Assembly: GCA_964396185.1 (NCBI GenBank)
Contig: CAYNEI010000013.1
Coordinates: 1,528 to 65,527, forward strand
Length of the DNA stretch: 64,000 nt
Origin: an uncultured Thermoplasmatales archaeon
GTDB lineage: Archaea; Thermoplasmatota; SW-10-69-26
Reading direction: 5' to 3'
Both the position numbers and the translations under genes were made by a program. Shown in pieces: positions 8,523 through 17,784 of the stretch. The notes under the pieces were generated by a model that worked only from the letters and a program-made list of their open reading frames with translations, had not been told where the DNA came from and did not search any database. The stretch's first letter is position 1, and each line of letters opens with the position of its first letter.

Positions 8523-9686
8523 ATGGCTCCCTGGCCCACGGCTCGCGGCTGGCTCGTGCTGGTCATGGGGCTCCTGCTTGCCCCCGCCCTGGGCTCCGCG
8601 CTCGCTCAACCCGACGGGTCCCTTGCGCCCTCGGGCGGGGCCGATGGGCCCGGCTTCCCGTGGCACCAGATCGGCGAGGGCCCCGTGGACCCGGGGCTCG
8701 TGGCCGCCGCGGACGGCAAGCTGGCCTGGGGCATCCAAGGGAACGGTTCCCTGGCGCTCTACGTCGCCCAGGTGGCCGTCAACCAGACCGCTCCCATCGC
8801 GAACCTATCGGGAACCGGGGACCACGTAGCAGCCTTCACCTTCGACGGCCGCTGGATCGTCTGGTCCGACGACCGCCACGGCAACCTCGACCTCTTCGCC
8901 CTGGACACAGAGCAAGACAGCGCTCCGGTCCGCGTGACCGAGACGCCCGGCGACGACCTCCAGCCCACCGTCGACGACGGGCGTGTCGTATGGATGCATG
9001 AAGGGGATCTCTGGTCCAGAGTGCTCCCGGACGGGGACATCGAGCTGCTGCGCGCCGGCGTGGGAAGCCTCCCGGAGCCCTCGATCCACGACGGCCTGGT
9101 CGCGTGGTCCCAGGAGGGCCGCTCGGCCCCGTTCGTCGCCGTGATGACGTTGCAGCCCCGGGCCCTGGCCACGCTGCCAGCCAGCCAGGGTGCGGCCAGC
9201 TTCGGGCCCACGGTCCACGGGGACACGGTGGTCTGGACAACCCTCGTGCTGGGACCCAGCTCGGGGCCCAGCCCCACGGTGGAGGGTGCTGTGGTGGAGC
9301 TGGCGACCCTGACACGGACCGGTGGCGGCAACCTCACCATCGACCACCGCAACCTCACCGCTGAGCCCGGGCCCGTCAAGGATGCCACCGTCGCCGGCGA
9401 CTGGGTGGCCTGGCTCGAACTCGGAGAGGGCGGTGGCTCACTTCTCCGGGTGACCGACCACGCAGGGGCCACGGAGCTCACCGTGCCCGGACCCATCTCG
9501 CGCGGCCTGTTGACCGGGGACCACGTGATCGTCGTGGCTTCCCCCGACGGACCTGGCGAGGTCTTCGCCCGACCGATCCTCTTGGAGCCCGAGCCCGGCC
9601 CGCCGGTCGGCTGGTGGACCCTGGTGGCGCTCGGCGCCGTGCTCGTGGCCGCAGGCTTTCTCATGAGCCAGCGCGAGGACGGGTGA
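8523..9686 (+). CDS. Secreted TolB/beta-propeller-like protein with C-terminal membrane anchor
   Basis: Signal peptide, WSDDRHGNLDLF and P.VDDGRVVW repeats, hydrophobic C-terminal helix. Confidence 0.65.
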   Translation: MAPWPTARGWLVLVMGLLLAPALGSALAQPDGSLAPSGGADGPGFPWHQIGEGPVDPGLVAAADGKLAWGIQGNGSLALYVAQVAVNQTAPIANLSGTGDHVAAFTFDGRWIVWSDDRHGNLDLFALDTEQDSAPVRVTETPGDDLQPTVDDGRVVWMHEGDLWSRVLPDGDIELLRAGVGSLPEPSIHDGLVAWSQEGRSAPFVAVMTLQPRALATLPASQGAASFGPTVHGDTVVWTTLVLGPSSGPSPTVEGAVVELATLTRTGGGNLTIDHRNLTAEPGPVKDATVAGDWVAWLELGEGGGSLLRVTDHAGATELTVPGPISRGLLTGDHVIVVASPDGPGEVFARPILLEPEPGPPVGWWTLVALGAVLVAAGFLMSQREDG

Positions 9687-9754
9687 GCACGCATGAAGGC
9701 GTCCGGGGACCGGTGGGCCGGGAGGCTTATCCCAAGCTCCCCCATGGAGCCCCG

Positions 9755-11164
9755 ATGACCGGGCGCAGAGCTCCCTGGGCGCGCGCGCTCCCACCAGCGA
9801 TCCTGGCCGCCATCGTGAGCCTCACCGATCCCGCCAGCGCGCATGCTGGAGGCGCGGGCATCTCCACAGGGGCCTTCCAGTTGCCGGCCTGGGTCATCTG
9901 GGCGCTCGGGGGCGGCGTGGTGGCGATCTCGTTCGCCATGGTGGGGGCCTGGCTTAGCCACGAGGGACGCGGAGGCCAACGCTCGACCAAGCCCGTCACG
10001 CCTGGCGATGTGCGCGCGCTGCCCCAACGCTGGGTCGGCCTCGCGCGCCTGCTCAGCCTGGCCTTGCTCTTCCTCCTGCTCGCCCCGGTGCTCCAGCGCG
10101 GCTCCACGAGCGAGATGCCCGTGGCCATGGTCTGGGTGGCCACGTGGGGCCTGCTCCCCGTGGCAAGCTACCTGGTCGGCAACCTGTGGCTCGTGGTCAG
10201 CCCGTTCCGGGCCCTGGCCGGCCTGGCCGACAAGCTCCGCCGAGGCAAGCCACCGGCTCGCTACCCCAAGCGTTTGGGGGCTTGGCCCTCTGTGATCCTC
10301 CTGCTGAGCCTCATCGGCCTGGAGGTCACCACGGGCGCGGCCCAGGACCCTAGCGGGTTGGCCCGCATCGTGCTCGGGTACACGCTGTTCACCTTCCTGG
10401 GCATGGCCTTCTTCGGGGCCAAAGCGTGGTTGGGCCACGTGGAGGTCCTCGACCGAGTGTTCGCCTGGTGGTCGGCCTTCGCCCCTGCAGGCCTCGGACC
10501 CGATGGTGTGGCCTGGCGCAGGCCCGGGGGCGTGCTCCCAGCGCTGGAGGCACGCGGCTGGGCGGATGTCTGCTTCGCGGTGGCCCTGCTCTACGGCGTG
10601 AACTTCGACGCCTTCCTGGCCACCCGAGCTGCAGGGGCCCTGCGCGCGGGCCTCGAGAGCCTCGGCCCGACGGGATCGTTCGTCGCGGTGCTCGCCCTGG
10701 GCTACGCGATCTTCCTGGTGGCCTTCTTGGCCTGCGTGGTCGCCATCGGCTCCGTGGCAAGCACGCTCCAGCCAAGCTCGTCGTTGGCCCGGCGCTTCGC
10801 CGTGAGCCTGCTGCCCATCGCCATCGGCTACCACCTCGCCCACAACCTTCCCTACTTGCTCGCCGAGGCCCCGGGCTTGATCCGCGCGTTGAGCGACCCC
10901 TTGGGCCTGGGCTGGGATCCCCTCGGGCTCGCTGGCGTCAGCTGGCTGGCAGGACCCAGTTGGCTCTGGGCGACCCTCCAGATGGGCCTGATCATCGCTG
11001 GCCACGTGCTCGCCGTGGTGGCTGCCCACGGCGTCGCCTTCAACACCTTCCCCAGCCGCGTGCAAGCGGTGAAGAGCGAGCTGCCGCTCACCCTGGTCAT
11101 GGTGTTCTACACCGTCATCGGGCTCTGGATCGCAAGCCAAGGCCACGGGGTGGCGCTAGCATGA
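9755..11164 (+). CDS. Polytopic membrane protein of unknown function
   Basis: More than 10 hydrophobic segments; AYHLAHNLPYLL, DPLGLGWD, GHVLAV..AH, SELP. Confidence 0.75.
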   Translation: MTGRRAPWARALPPAILAAIVSLTDPASAHAGGAGISTGAFQLPAWVIWALGGGVVAISFAMVGAWLSHEGRGGQRSTKPVTPGDVRALPQRWVGLARLLSLALLFLLLAPVLQRGSTSEMPVAMVWVATWGLLPVASYLVGNLWLVVSPFRALAGLADKLRRGKPPARYPKRLGAWPSVILLLSLIGLEVTTGAAQDPSGLARIVLGYTLFTFLGMAFFGAKAWLGHVEVLDRVFAWWSAFAPAGLGPDGVAWRRPGGVLPALEARGWADVCFAVALLYGVNFDAFLATRAAGALRAGLESLGPTGSFVAVLALGYAIFLVAFLACVVAIGSVASTLQPSSSLARRFAVSLLPIAIGYHLAHNLPYLLAEAPGLIRALSDPLGLGWDPLGLAGVSWLAGPSWLWATLQMGLIIAGHVLAVVAAHGVAFNTFPSRVQAVKSELPLTLVMVFYTVIGLWIASQGHGVALA

Positions 11165-11511
11165 CCAGCGCCAGCCGAGCGCGCCCGCGTCCCTGTCGGA
11201 TCTGCCAGGAGGCCTTCCTGGAGCCTGCACACCTGGCCTTGCACCGCGGCCGCGCTCACCCTGACGAGCTCGAAGCCGGCGAGCAGGCCGCCTACGACGT
11301 GGCGCTGGCCGAGGAACAGGCCTGGCTCGACACGTTCCGCCGACACACGCGCGCGGCCCTGGCTGCCCTGCCGGTGCTCCTCCTGTACGGCTTGTTGATC
11401 GTGGCCGCCATCGAGTACGGCGTCAACCCGGCCATGGCGGCCCTCCCCGCCCCCGGCGCGTTCGTCTTCTTCGCGTTGATCTACTACCTGGCCTACACGC
11501 ACGAGCGGTGA
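11161..11511 (+). CDS. C2H2-type Zn-finger protein with two C-terminal TM helices
   Basis: CRIC...LALHRGRAH; ATGA overlap with upstream gene. Confidence 0.7.
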   Translation: MTSASRARPRPCRICQEAFLEPAHLALHRGRAHPDELEAGEQAAYDVALAEEQAWLDTFRRHTRAALAALPVLLLYGLLIVAAIEYGVNPAMAALPAPGAFVFFALIYYLAYTHER

Positions 11512-11589
11512 GCCCCCCGACACGACACCCCCGACACGATTCCGGGCTCCTTAAGTAACCCGTCCGACCATCTTGCGCCCGGGATTAGG

Positions 11590-11952
11590 ATGGGATTGTT
11601 CACACGCACGAAGCCTTCCAACAGCGGGTCTCTTGCAGACCAGGAGTTCATCGATCTGCGCGACCACCAGGCACCACTGGGTGGACCTGGCAGCACGAAC
11701 CTCCGCGTGGCCGAGATGCACCGGGTCGAGGATCTGAAATCACTCTCCGGGCTCGTCTACGACGGGGACATGCTGCTCATCGACTTCTCGCCGCTAGCCG
11801 GTGACGAGGTCGCGCTCAAACGCGTGACCAAGGAGTTCAAGAAGATCGCCGGCGACGTCGACGGCGACGTGGCAGGCGTGGGCGAGAACATGCTCATCGT
11901 CGCGCCCACCGGCGTCAAGGTCGACCGGCGCAAGGTGCGCGTCCAGAACTAG
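11590..11952 (+). CDS. sepF: Cell division protein SepF
   Basis: FIDL, VYDGDMLLIDF, LKRV...L..IAGDVDGDVAGVG..LIVAPTGVKVDRRK. Confidence 0.9.
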   Translation: MGLFTRTKPSNSGSLADQEFIDLRDHQAPLGGPGSTNLRVAEMHRVEDLKSLSGLVYDGDMLLIDFSPLAGDEVALKRVTKEFKKIAGDVDGDVAGVGENMLIVAPTGVKVDRRKVRVQN

Positions 11953-11988
11953 GCGGCGCCCCCGGGCGACGTTACGGGCGTCGCCATT

Positions 11989-12375
11989 CTAATCTGCGGG
12001 CCGCGCCCGCAGGACAACCGCGGTCCCAAGGGCCGCCAGAGTCACCCCAACCAGGCCTGGCCATAGCCACGTAGGCTGGTTGTCGGGCCCGACGAGCACC
12101 AGGGCCAACGCAGCTAGCAGGCAGCCCGCGGCGAGGCTTGCTGGGATCCAGAACCGGAAGAAGGCCGGCTCGAGGGCGAGCTTGGCTTTCCACGTGGAGG
12201 CCCAGATGCCACCCCAGTCCGTGGCGTACCCTTGCTTCTCCAGAGAGGCCAAGCCTGCCTCCACGACGGCTTCGTCGGCATCGAGCCGGCGAGCCAGGCC
12301 GGTCACGGTGGTGGGGGTCTCGTCCAGCGCTGGCAACAGGATCTCTGGCGCGATCTCGTCGGTCATCAGAACCAA
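11989..12375 (-). CDS. Small membrane protein with possible N-terminal winged-helix
   Basis: T.TGLARRL....V.AGLASLEKQG followed by two TM helices. Confidence 0.55.
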   Translation of the reverse strand: MVLMTDEIAPEILLPALDETPTTVTGLARRLDADEAVVEAGLASLEKQGYATDWGGIWASTWKAKLALEPAFFRFWIPASLAAGCLLAALALVLVGPDNQPTWLWPGLVGVTLAALGTAVVLRARPAD

Positions 12376-15300
12376 TCCTGGAGGGACGCTTGAGAGGGGC
12401 GACCGGCGAGCTCATCCTTGCTGACACCGAAATAGGCCAAGACCCGGTGGGCCGCTGGGATCACCTGGTTCTCGATGTAGTACTCGTCGTCGACGGCATC
12501 GTCCGGGTCGAGGAACTCGAGGAGCCGAGCCCGCTCGCTGATCAGATCGCTCTTGTCCTTCACGATCACGTACCCGATCTTGGACCCCACCGGAGCCTGG
12601 AAGCCCGGGTTGTTGGCTTGGGCGTGCTCGACGGCCACGGAGTGCGGTTGCTTGGCCTGGTAGTCCTCGGGAGCCATGGTCAGGGTCTTGTGGATGCTGA
12701 GCTCCTCGACCGGGACCTCGCCGTCCCGCAGGGCTTGGACGGCATCGATGCCGATGCGTTTGGCCTCTTCTGGATCGCGGCTCTCAAGCAGGGCATCGAT
12801 GACCTCCTGCTGGACCCGCTTGGCGTACGCGCACCAGTCGCCGCGGCGCACCTCGAGCCCGCGCACGATGGTCTCCCCCTCCCGGGTGCGGCCGGCGTAG
12901 CGCTTCTTAGCGCCCGTGAAGAAGAGCACCTCGAAGCGCGCCTCGACCTCCAGCTCCACAGGCAGCTCGCGGTTGACCTCATCGATGTAGGCCTGGATCT
13001 CCGGGGCATCGAGGATCATGACGCTGTCCGTGTTGTGCAGGAGGATCTGGCCACAGGCGTCCACGAACGTGTTCGTGCCCTCCACCTCCAAGTCGTAGAC
13101 GTAGCCCTCGTAGGGCTCCTCGCGGATGCGCGTCTCCAGGCTGTTGTTCGGCTTTGAGCTCGTCTTGAGCGTGTACGTCTCCTTCTCCTGGCGGTACTGG
13201 AGGCTGTAGTGGACGCCCAGCTGGCCCAGCATCAGGCAGAGACCAGAGATCAGTGGCAGGGACTTGGTCGTGTAGGAGAACTGCTCGTCGTGGTACGCGT
13301 CGGTGTAGCGTGGGTCGGGCCACGTGCTGCCGTCACCTTGCACCATCGTATCGAGCACGATGCGCTGGTATGCTTCCGGGATGTTGAAGACGAAAGCAGG
13401 GAGACGCTTGCCCTCGCTCGTTTGACCGCAGAGTTGGCGGAAGAAGACCGCGGCGAGCTGATTCATCATCTGGAGCTTCTGGGTCTTATCCTCGTAGGCG
13501 AGCACGGAGCCATCCTCCCGCTCAAGCTCCCGGATCCCCCGAGTGGAGCGGATAATCGAGCCCTTGGCGTTCTCGAAGAGGAGGTGGTAGTCAGCTTGCA
13601 GCTGCTCGAGCCAGGCCTGGTCGGCGGATGCGATGCTGGCACCCATCCTGGTGTCGGTCGTCTCCGGGGTGGACGCGCTGCCCTCTGCGACGTATGCGCC
13701 GACGAGCCGGCAGAGCGCCTCGAAGGCTTCCGACCCCATGTCCACGTAGCGGGGGATCGTGATGGGGTCGCGGCGGTTCTGCCAGCCGAAGGCGATGCGG
13801 TCACCAACGGGGTAGGCTCGCGCGTTGCGCGTCTTCCCCTTGACGTGGAGCTCGAACCCGTACGGTTCCAGGATCTCGAGGAGATCGATGCGATCGGGCG
13901 TGGGTCCGCGCTGGATCCCCTCCACGCGGAAGAGATCGCGCAGGCCCACATCCTCTGGACGTGTCCTGGCCAACCCTCCCTCGCCCAGGGTCATGAGCCC
14001 ATGATCCTCGGTCACGCGCGTCTCCCCGTGCTTCTGCCAGACGCGGTAGATCGGTTTCCCAGCCGCGTGGCGGATCACGCCCTGGATGGGCGACCAACAG
14101 GCCTCCTGGGTCTCGGGATCGACGGAGAGGGCCTGGTAGCCCTCTGGTCGAGCGACCTCTTTGCTTCCGTGCTGCTCGATGGCTCCCTGGCCGGCTCGCT
14201 CGAACAGGTCCTCGACGGTCATGGGCTGAACTGCCCCGCTGGGGTCACGCACGGTCACGAGGCGCTCAGCGGTGACGCTGTCGCCGTAGAGCACTTCGAG
14301 ATCGAGATCGCGGGCCATCTCAGCAGCCCGCTGGACGAAATGACGCCCCCAGGCCGTGGTGGCCTCAGCACACGGCACGGACTGCCAGCGCGCCCCACCC
14401 CACCCCATGTACCCGTAGAAGGCGTTGGTGAGCACCTTGATGGCTTGCTCCTCGACCTTGAGGGTCCGCCAACCCTGGCTGCCCCGTTCCTGGACAGCCA
14501 TCTCACCTTTGAGGTCCTGGCGCGTGGAGAGCAGCTCCTGGAGGATGCGCTTGAAGAACCCGTCCGGCTCGGTCCGGAACCGGTGGCCCACGTCCGGGGC
14601 CTCGTGCACCGGGCCATCCGGTGCTTGATCGGGGGGGAGGTAGGTGTCGGGGCTGACGTTGTAGGCCACCATGATGGACGGGTACATGGACGAGAAGTCC
14701 AGGTAGACCACGTCCTCGTGGATGCCTGCCGGCGGCTCGAGCACCACGCCCCCCTCGTACTGCTGGGAGCGAGCGAACCCGTCGCGCTTGTCCGGCGCGA
14801 TGATGCCGCGTCGGTGGGCTTCTGCGAGCAGGTACCAGTCGGCCTGGCGCCCGCGACCCATGCGTGAGCCGTCGCTCAAGTCCTGGTAGGTGCGCCGGCA
14901 GAGCCGGATCTGCAGGGGTAGGAGCTCCTCGCCGATGCCCAGGGCCGAGGTGGCGTCGTCGATGGCGTAGGCCAAGAGCTCCTCGCGCTGGTCGGCATCG
15001 TCCCAGATCTCAGCCATCTTGGCCGAGTCCAGGTCCGTGCGTCCCCCTTCGTCCACCACGCCCAGGTGCTCGGCGACTCGCTCGAGGGTCTTGACCTTGA
15101 CATCCGGGAGGTCGCGCTGGGCCATCTGGTAGCCGTCCACGTTGCCTCGGCCGGTGAGGGTGACCGCCTTGTCCCGGCCGGCTTGCCGGATGTTCGGTGG
15201 CGAGCCGTCACGACCCACGCGCACGTCGATGCCGTGGACCTGGGCGCGGTCGAGCAGGTAGGGCCAGTCGAAGTTGTCGCCGTTGTACGTGACGATCACG

Positions 15301-16010
15301 TCCGGGTCGAGATCCCGGATGCGCTTGGCCAGGGTCGCGATGAGCATCCGATCCGAGTCATCATCGGGCTTGGTGAGCGTCTCCTGGTGGCCTCGGTTGT
15401 CGGCCAGGGAGGCCACGATGATCGGGTCCTGGTCCGGGTTGGGCGTGACTTTCGGGTTGTAGACCTCCAGGTCGAAGGCGAGCACGTGTAGATCGAGATC
15501 GCGCTCTGCGTCCTGCTCAGCGTCCACGAGCTCCACGTGGTCCGGGCGCTGCTCGCTCTTCTTCGTCTCGACCCGCGTCCAGGTGAGTGGCACGAGGCCC
15601 TTGTCGATGAGGTAGCGGTTGGCGAAGAGGACGTCGTCCTCGCGCGTGGAGCCCACGGTCTCCAGGCCGCGGATCTTGCGCCGCAGCGCGGGCACGTCCT
15701 GGGGGTGCCTGGCAACCACGCGCACCACCCCGATGGGATCCAGACCCTCCTGGAGCGTGACGGTCTCGCAGCGATGGACCTCGGCATCCCCGGCTCGCGT
15801 GCCCTCGATCTCAGCCGCCGTGGCTTGCACGTCCGTGCCCAGGCTGGGAACGGCGTAGAAGTAGGGCTCGAAGGTGGGATCTAGCACCGGGGTGGCGCCC
15901 TGTTCACCCGCGATCCAGAGGCGGATCCAGGCGCGCTCGCCCACCGTGAGGTAGTCGGTGGTGAGCAGCACGCCCTCGATCGCGCCAGCCGGCGTCATCT
16001 GGGCCGGCAA
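12366..16010 (-). CDS. polB: Family B DNA polymerase, intein-containing
   Basis: Exo motifs FDLEVY, TYNGDNFDWPYL, YAIDD; polymerase motifs LDFSSMYPSI, KVLTNAFYGY, YGD/TDS. Confidence 0.97.
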   Translation of the reverse strand: MPAQMTPAGAIEGVLLTTDYLTVGERAWIRLWIAGEQGATPVLDPTFEPYFYAVPSLGTDVQATAAEIEGTRAGDAEVHRCETVTLQEGLDPIGVVRVVARHPQDVPALRRKIRGLETVGSTREDDVLFANRYLIDKGLVPLTWTRVETKKSEQRPDHVELVDAEQDAERDLDLHVLAFDLEVYNPKVTPNPDQDPIIVASLADNRGHQETLTKPDDDSDRMLIATLAKRIRDLDPDVIVTYNGDNFDWPYLLDRAQVHGIDVRVGRDGSPPNIRQAGRDKAVTLTGRGNVDGYQMAQRDLPDVKVKTLERVAEHLGVVDEGGRTDLDSAKMAEIWDDADQREELLAYAIDDATSALGIGEELLPLQIRLCRRTYQDLSDGSRMGRGRQADWYLLAEAHRRGIIAPDKRDGFARSQQYEGGVVLEPPAGIHEDVVYLDFSSMYPSIMVAYNVSPDTYLPPDQAPDGPVHEAPDVGHRFRTEPDGFFKRILQELLSTRQDLKGEMAVQERGSQGWRTLKVEEQAIKVLTNAFYGYMGWGGARWQSVPCAEATTAWGRHFVQRAAEMARDLDLEVLYGDSVTAERLVTVRDPSGAVQPMTVEDLFERAGQGAIEQHGSKEVARPEGYQALSVDPETQEACWSPIQGVIRHAAGKPIYRVWQKHGETRVTEDHGLMTLGEGGLARTRPEDVGLRDLFRVEGIQRGPTPDRIDLLEILEPYGFELHVKGKTRNARAYPVGDRIAFGWQNRRDPITIPRYVDMGSEAFEALCRLVGAYVAEGSASTPETTDTRMGASIASADQAWLEQLQADYHLLFENAKGSIIRSTRGIRELEREDGSVLAYEDKTQKLQMMNQLAAVFFRQLCGQTSEGKRLPAFVFNIPEAYQRIVLDTMVQGDGSTWPDPRYTDAYHDEQFSYTTKSLPLISGLCLMLGQLGVHYSLQYRQEKETYTLKTSSKPNNSLETRIREEPYEGYVYDLEVEGTNTFVDACGQILLHNTDSVMILDAPEIQAYIDEVNRELPVELEVEARFEVLFFTGAKKRYAGRTREGETIVRGLEVRRGDWCAYAKRVQQEVIDALLESRDPEEAKRIGIDAVQALRDGEVPVEELSIHKTLTMAPEDYQAKQPHSVAVEHAQANNPGFQAPVGSKIGYVIVKDKSDLISERARLLEFLDPDDAVDDEYYIENQVIPAAHRVLAYFGVSKDELAGRPSQASLQDWF
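13032..14279 (-). mobile_element. Intein (416 aa) with LAGLIDADG homing endonuclease in PolB motif C
   Basis: YGD|SVTAER...GQILLHN|TDS junctions; LVGAYVAEGS and LDTMVQGDGS blocks. Confidence 0.95.
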
Positions 16011-16098
16011 GCGGGCCAGGGATAAAGAGCCTGTGCGATGCCCTGAGGCTAGCCCGAGCCGTAACCCCTATCAACAGGGGAGTGGGTGGCCGCGGCCG

Positions 16099-17004
16099 AT
16101 GCGACCTCGGCACGTTCTCGTGGCCCTCGTGGCTCTCTGCCTGACCCTCCCGACCGCCGCCTTGGCTCAAGAGCCCCCGCAGGTGCTCCACGAGCTCACG
16201 GTCGACGGGGAAGCGCTCACCCCAGGCACCGAGCTCACCCCAGGCCAGACGATCTTCCTCCAGGGCAACGTCACGCCCCCCGATCAGGAGAACATGACAT
16301 GGCGTGTGTTCGTCAACGCGACCCTCGACGGCCAAGCTCCCGGGGGCAACGGGACCGGACCCCTGCTCTCCAACGGGGAGACCGTGGTGTTCGCCGAGCA
16401 GATCCAGGCACCCCACTCTACCGGTGCCCACGAGATCGCCTACACGATCACCGTCCAGTCCCGCAACGAGACCCCCGCCCAGGCCCCGCCACCAGACGGG
16501 AACGGGACCGGCAACGAGACCGGGAACGAGACCGACGGGAACGCCACGACCTCCGGCGGATTAGGGCCATGGCAGACCGCCGAGCTCGTCGAGGAGACCA
16601 TCAGCTTCCAGGTGGCCAACCTAGCCGCTCCTCCGAGCCCAGGGCTCCCCTGGGCGCTCATCCTGCTGGTGGGCGCCGTGGTCGTGGCTGGAGGAGCTGG
16701 AGCATACTGGTGGGTCAACCGGGACACCCAGATCCGCTCCCACAAGCCCAGAAGCCAGGCCATGGCGGACCTCGAGGGCTCGAAGTACAAGGGTCAGCCT
16801 GCAGCGCAGGCCGACCCCGAGGTCCATCCCCAGCTCAAGATCCTCGAGGCGCGAGCGGCTGACATCCGGCGCATGATCGAGCTGGCCAAGGACCGCCACG
16901 AGCGCGGGGATCTCACCGAGCATCAGTTCAACACGATCCGGGAGCGCAAGGAGGCCGAGCTCGAGGGGATCGAGCGCGAGATGAGCGAGTACCGCGAAGG
17001 CTGA
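16099..17004 (+). CDS. Membrane-anchored protein: exported Ig-like domain, TM helix, cytoplasmic SHOCT-like coiled tail
   Basis: Signal peptide, N-x-T sequons, TM helix, RGDLTEHQF..IR. Confidence 0.7.
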   Translation: MRPRHVLVALVALCLTLPTAALAQEPPQVLHELTVDGEALTPGTELTPGQTIFLQGNVTPPDQENMTWRVFVNATLDGQAPGGNGTGPLLSNGETVVFAEQIQAPHSTGAHEIAYTITVQSRNETPAQAPPPDGNGTGNETGNETDGNATTSGGLGPWQTAELVEETISFQVANLAAPPSPGLPWALILLVGAVVVAGGAGAYWWVNRDTQIRSHKPRSQAMADLEGSKYKGQPAAQADPEVHPQLKILEARAADIRRMIELAKDRHERGDLTEHQFNTIRERKEAELEGIEREMSEYREG

Positions 17005-17053
17005 GGAGCCCGTGGGTTATATATGCCGGCTCGGTATCGCTGCTCGTGGTCCC

Positions 17054-17320
17054 ATGAAGGCGTTCCGAATCTCCGGGGAGTTCCGGATGGGCCTGAAGCC
17101 CCAGCCGTTCACGCTTGAAACCCTGGCCGAGACCGAAGAGGAGGCCACCGAATGGGCCTACTCTGTGCTCGGCTCCAAACACCGTGCCAAGCGTCGCCAG
17201 ATCGACATCCAAGATGTCCACGCTGAGGATGCCTCGGAGATCGAGGATCCCAGCATCCAGTTCGCCCTCGAGCACGAGGACGAGTACAAGGAGCGCAAGT
17301 CCGAGGAGTTCCATGGCTGA
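17054..17320 (+). CDS. rpl18a: 50S ribosomal protein L18Ae (LX)
   Basis: MKAFRISGEF, YSVLGSKHRAKRRQIDI; synteny with pfdA-ftsY. Confidence 0.92.
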   Translation: MKAFRISGEFRMGLKPQPFTLETLAETEEEATEWAYSVLGSKHRAKRRQIDIQDVHAEDASEIEDPSIQFALEHEDEYKERKSEEFHG

Positions 17321-17780
17321 AGCCGACACGCAGCAGCAGATGGCCACCGCCGAGCAGCTCCAGAACCAGTTGAGCCAGCTCGAACAGCAACGCGAGCAAC
17401 TGCTTTCCTACGTGAGCGAGCTCGAGCAGACCAAGCAAGCCATCGAGACCATCGGCGAAGCCGATCAGGGTGAGGAGGTCCTCATCCCGCTCGGTGCTGG
17501 CGCGTTCGTCCATGCCACCCTGGCGAGAACGGACACCGTCGTCGGCTCCATCGGGTCCGGCGTGTTGGCCGAAGAGGCGCCCGCCAAGGCCGCCGAGCGC
17601 ATTCAGGCCCGCGTCGAGCAGGCCACGAAGGCGGCCGACAGCATCGAGGAGAACATGGAGCACCTGGAAGCCCAGCTCCAGGAGCTCGTGCAGGGCCTGC
17701 AGGCCCAGATGGCCGCCCAACAACAAGGAGGCGGCCCCGGTGGTCCTGGCGGAGCCCAAGGCCCGCTGGGTGCTGGGTGA
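17313..17780 (+). CDS. pfdA: Prefoldin alpha subunit
   Basis: Coiled coils flanking EVLIPLGAGAFV...VGSIGSGVLAE. Confidence 0.93.
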   Translation: MAEADTQQQMATAEQLQNQLSQLEQQREQLLSYVSELEQTKQAIETIGEADQGEEVLIPLGAGAFVHATLARTDTVVGSIGSGVLAEEAPAKAAERIQARVEQATKAADSIEENMEHLEAQLQELVQGLQAQMAAQQQGGGPGGPGGAQGPLGAG

Positions 17781-17784
17781 GACC

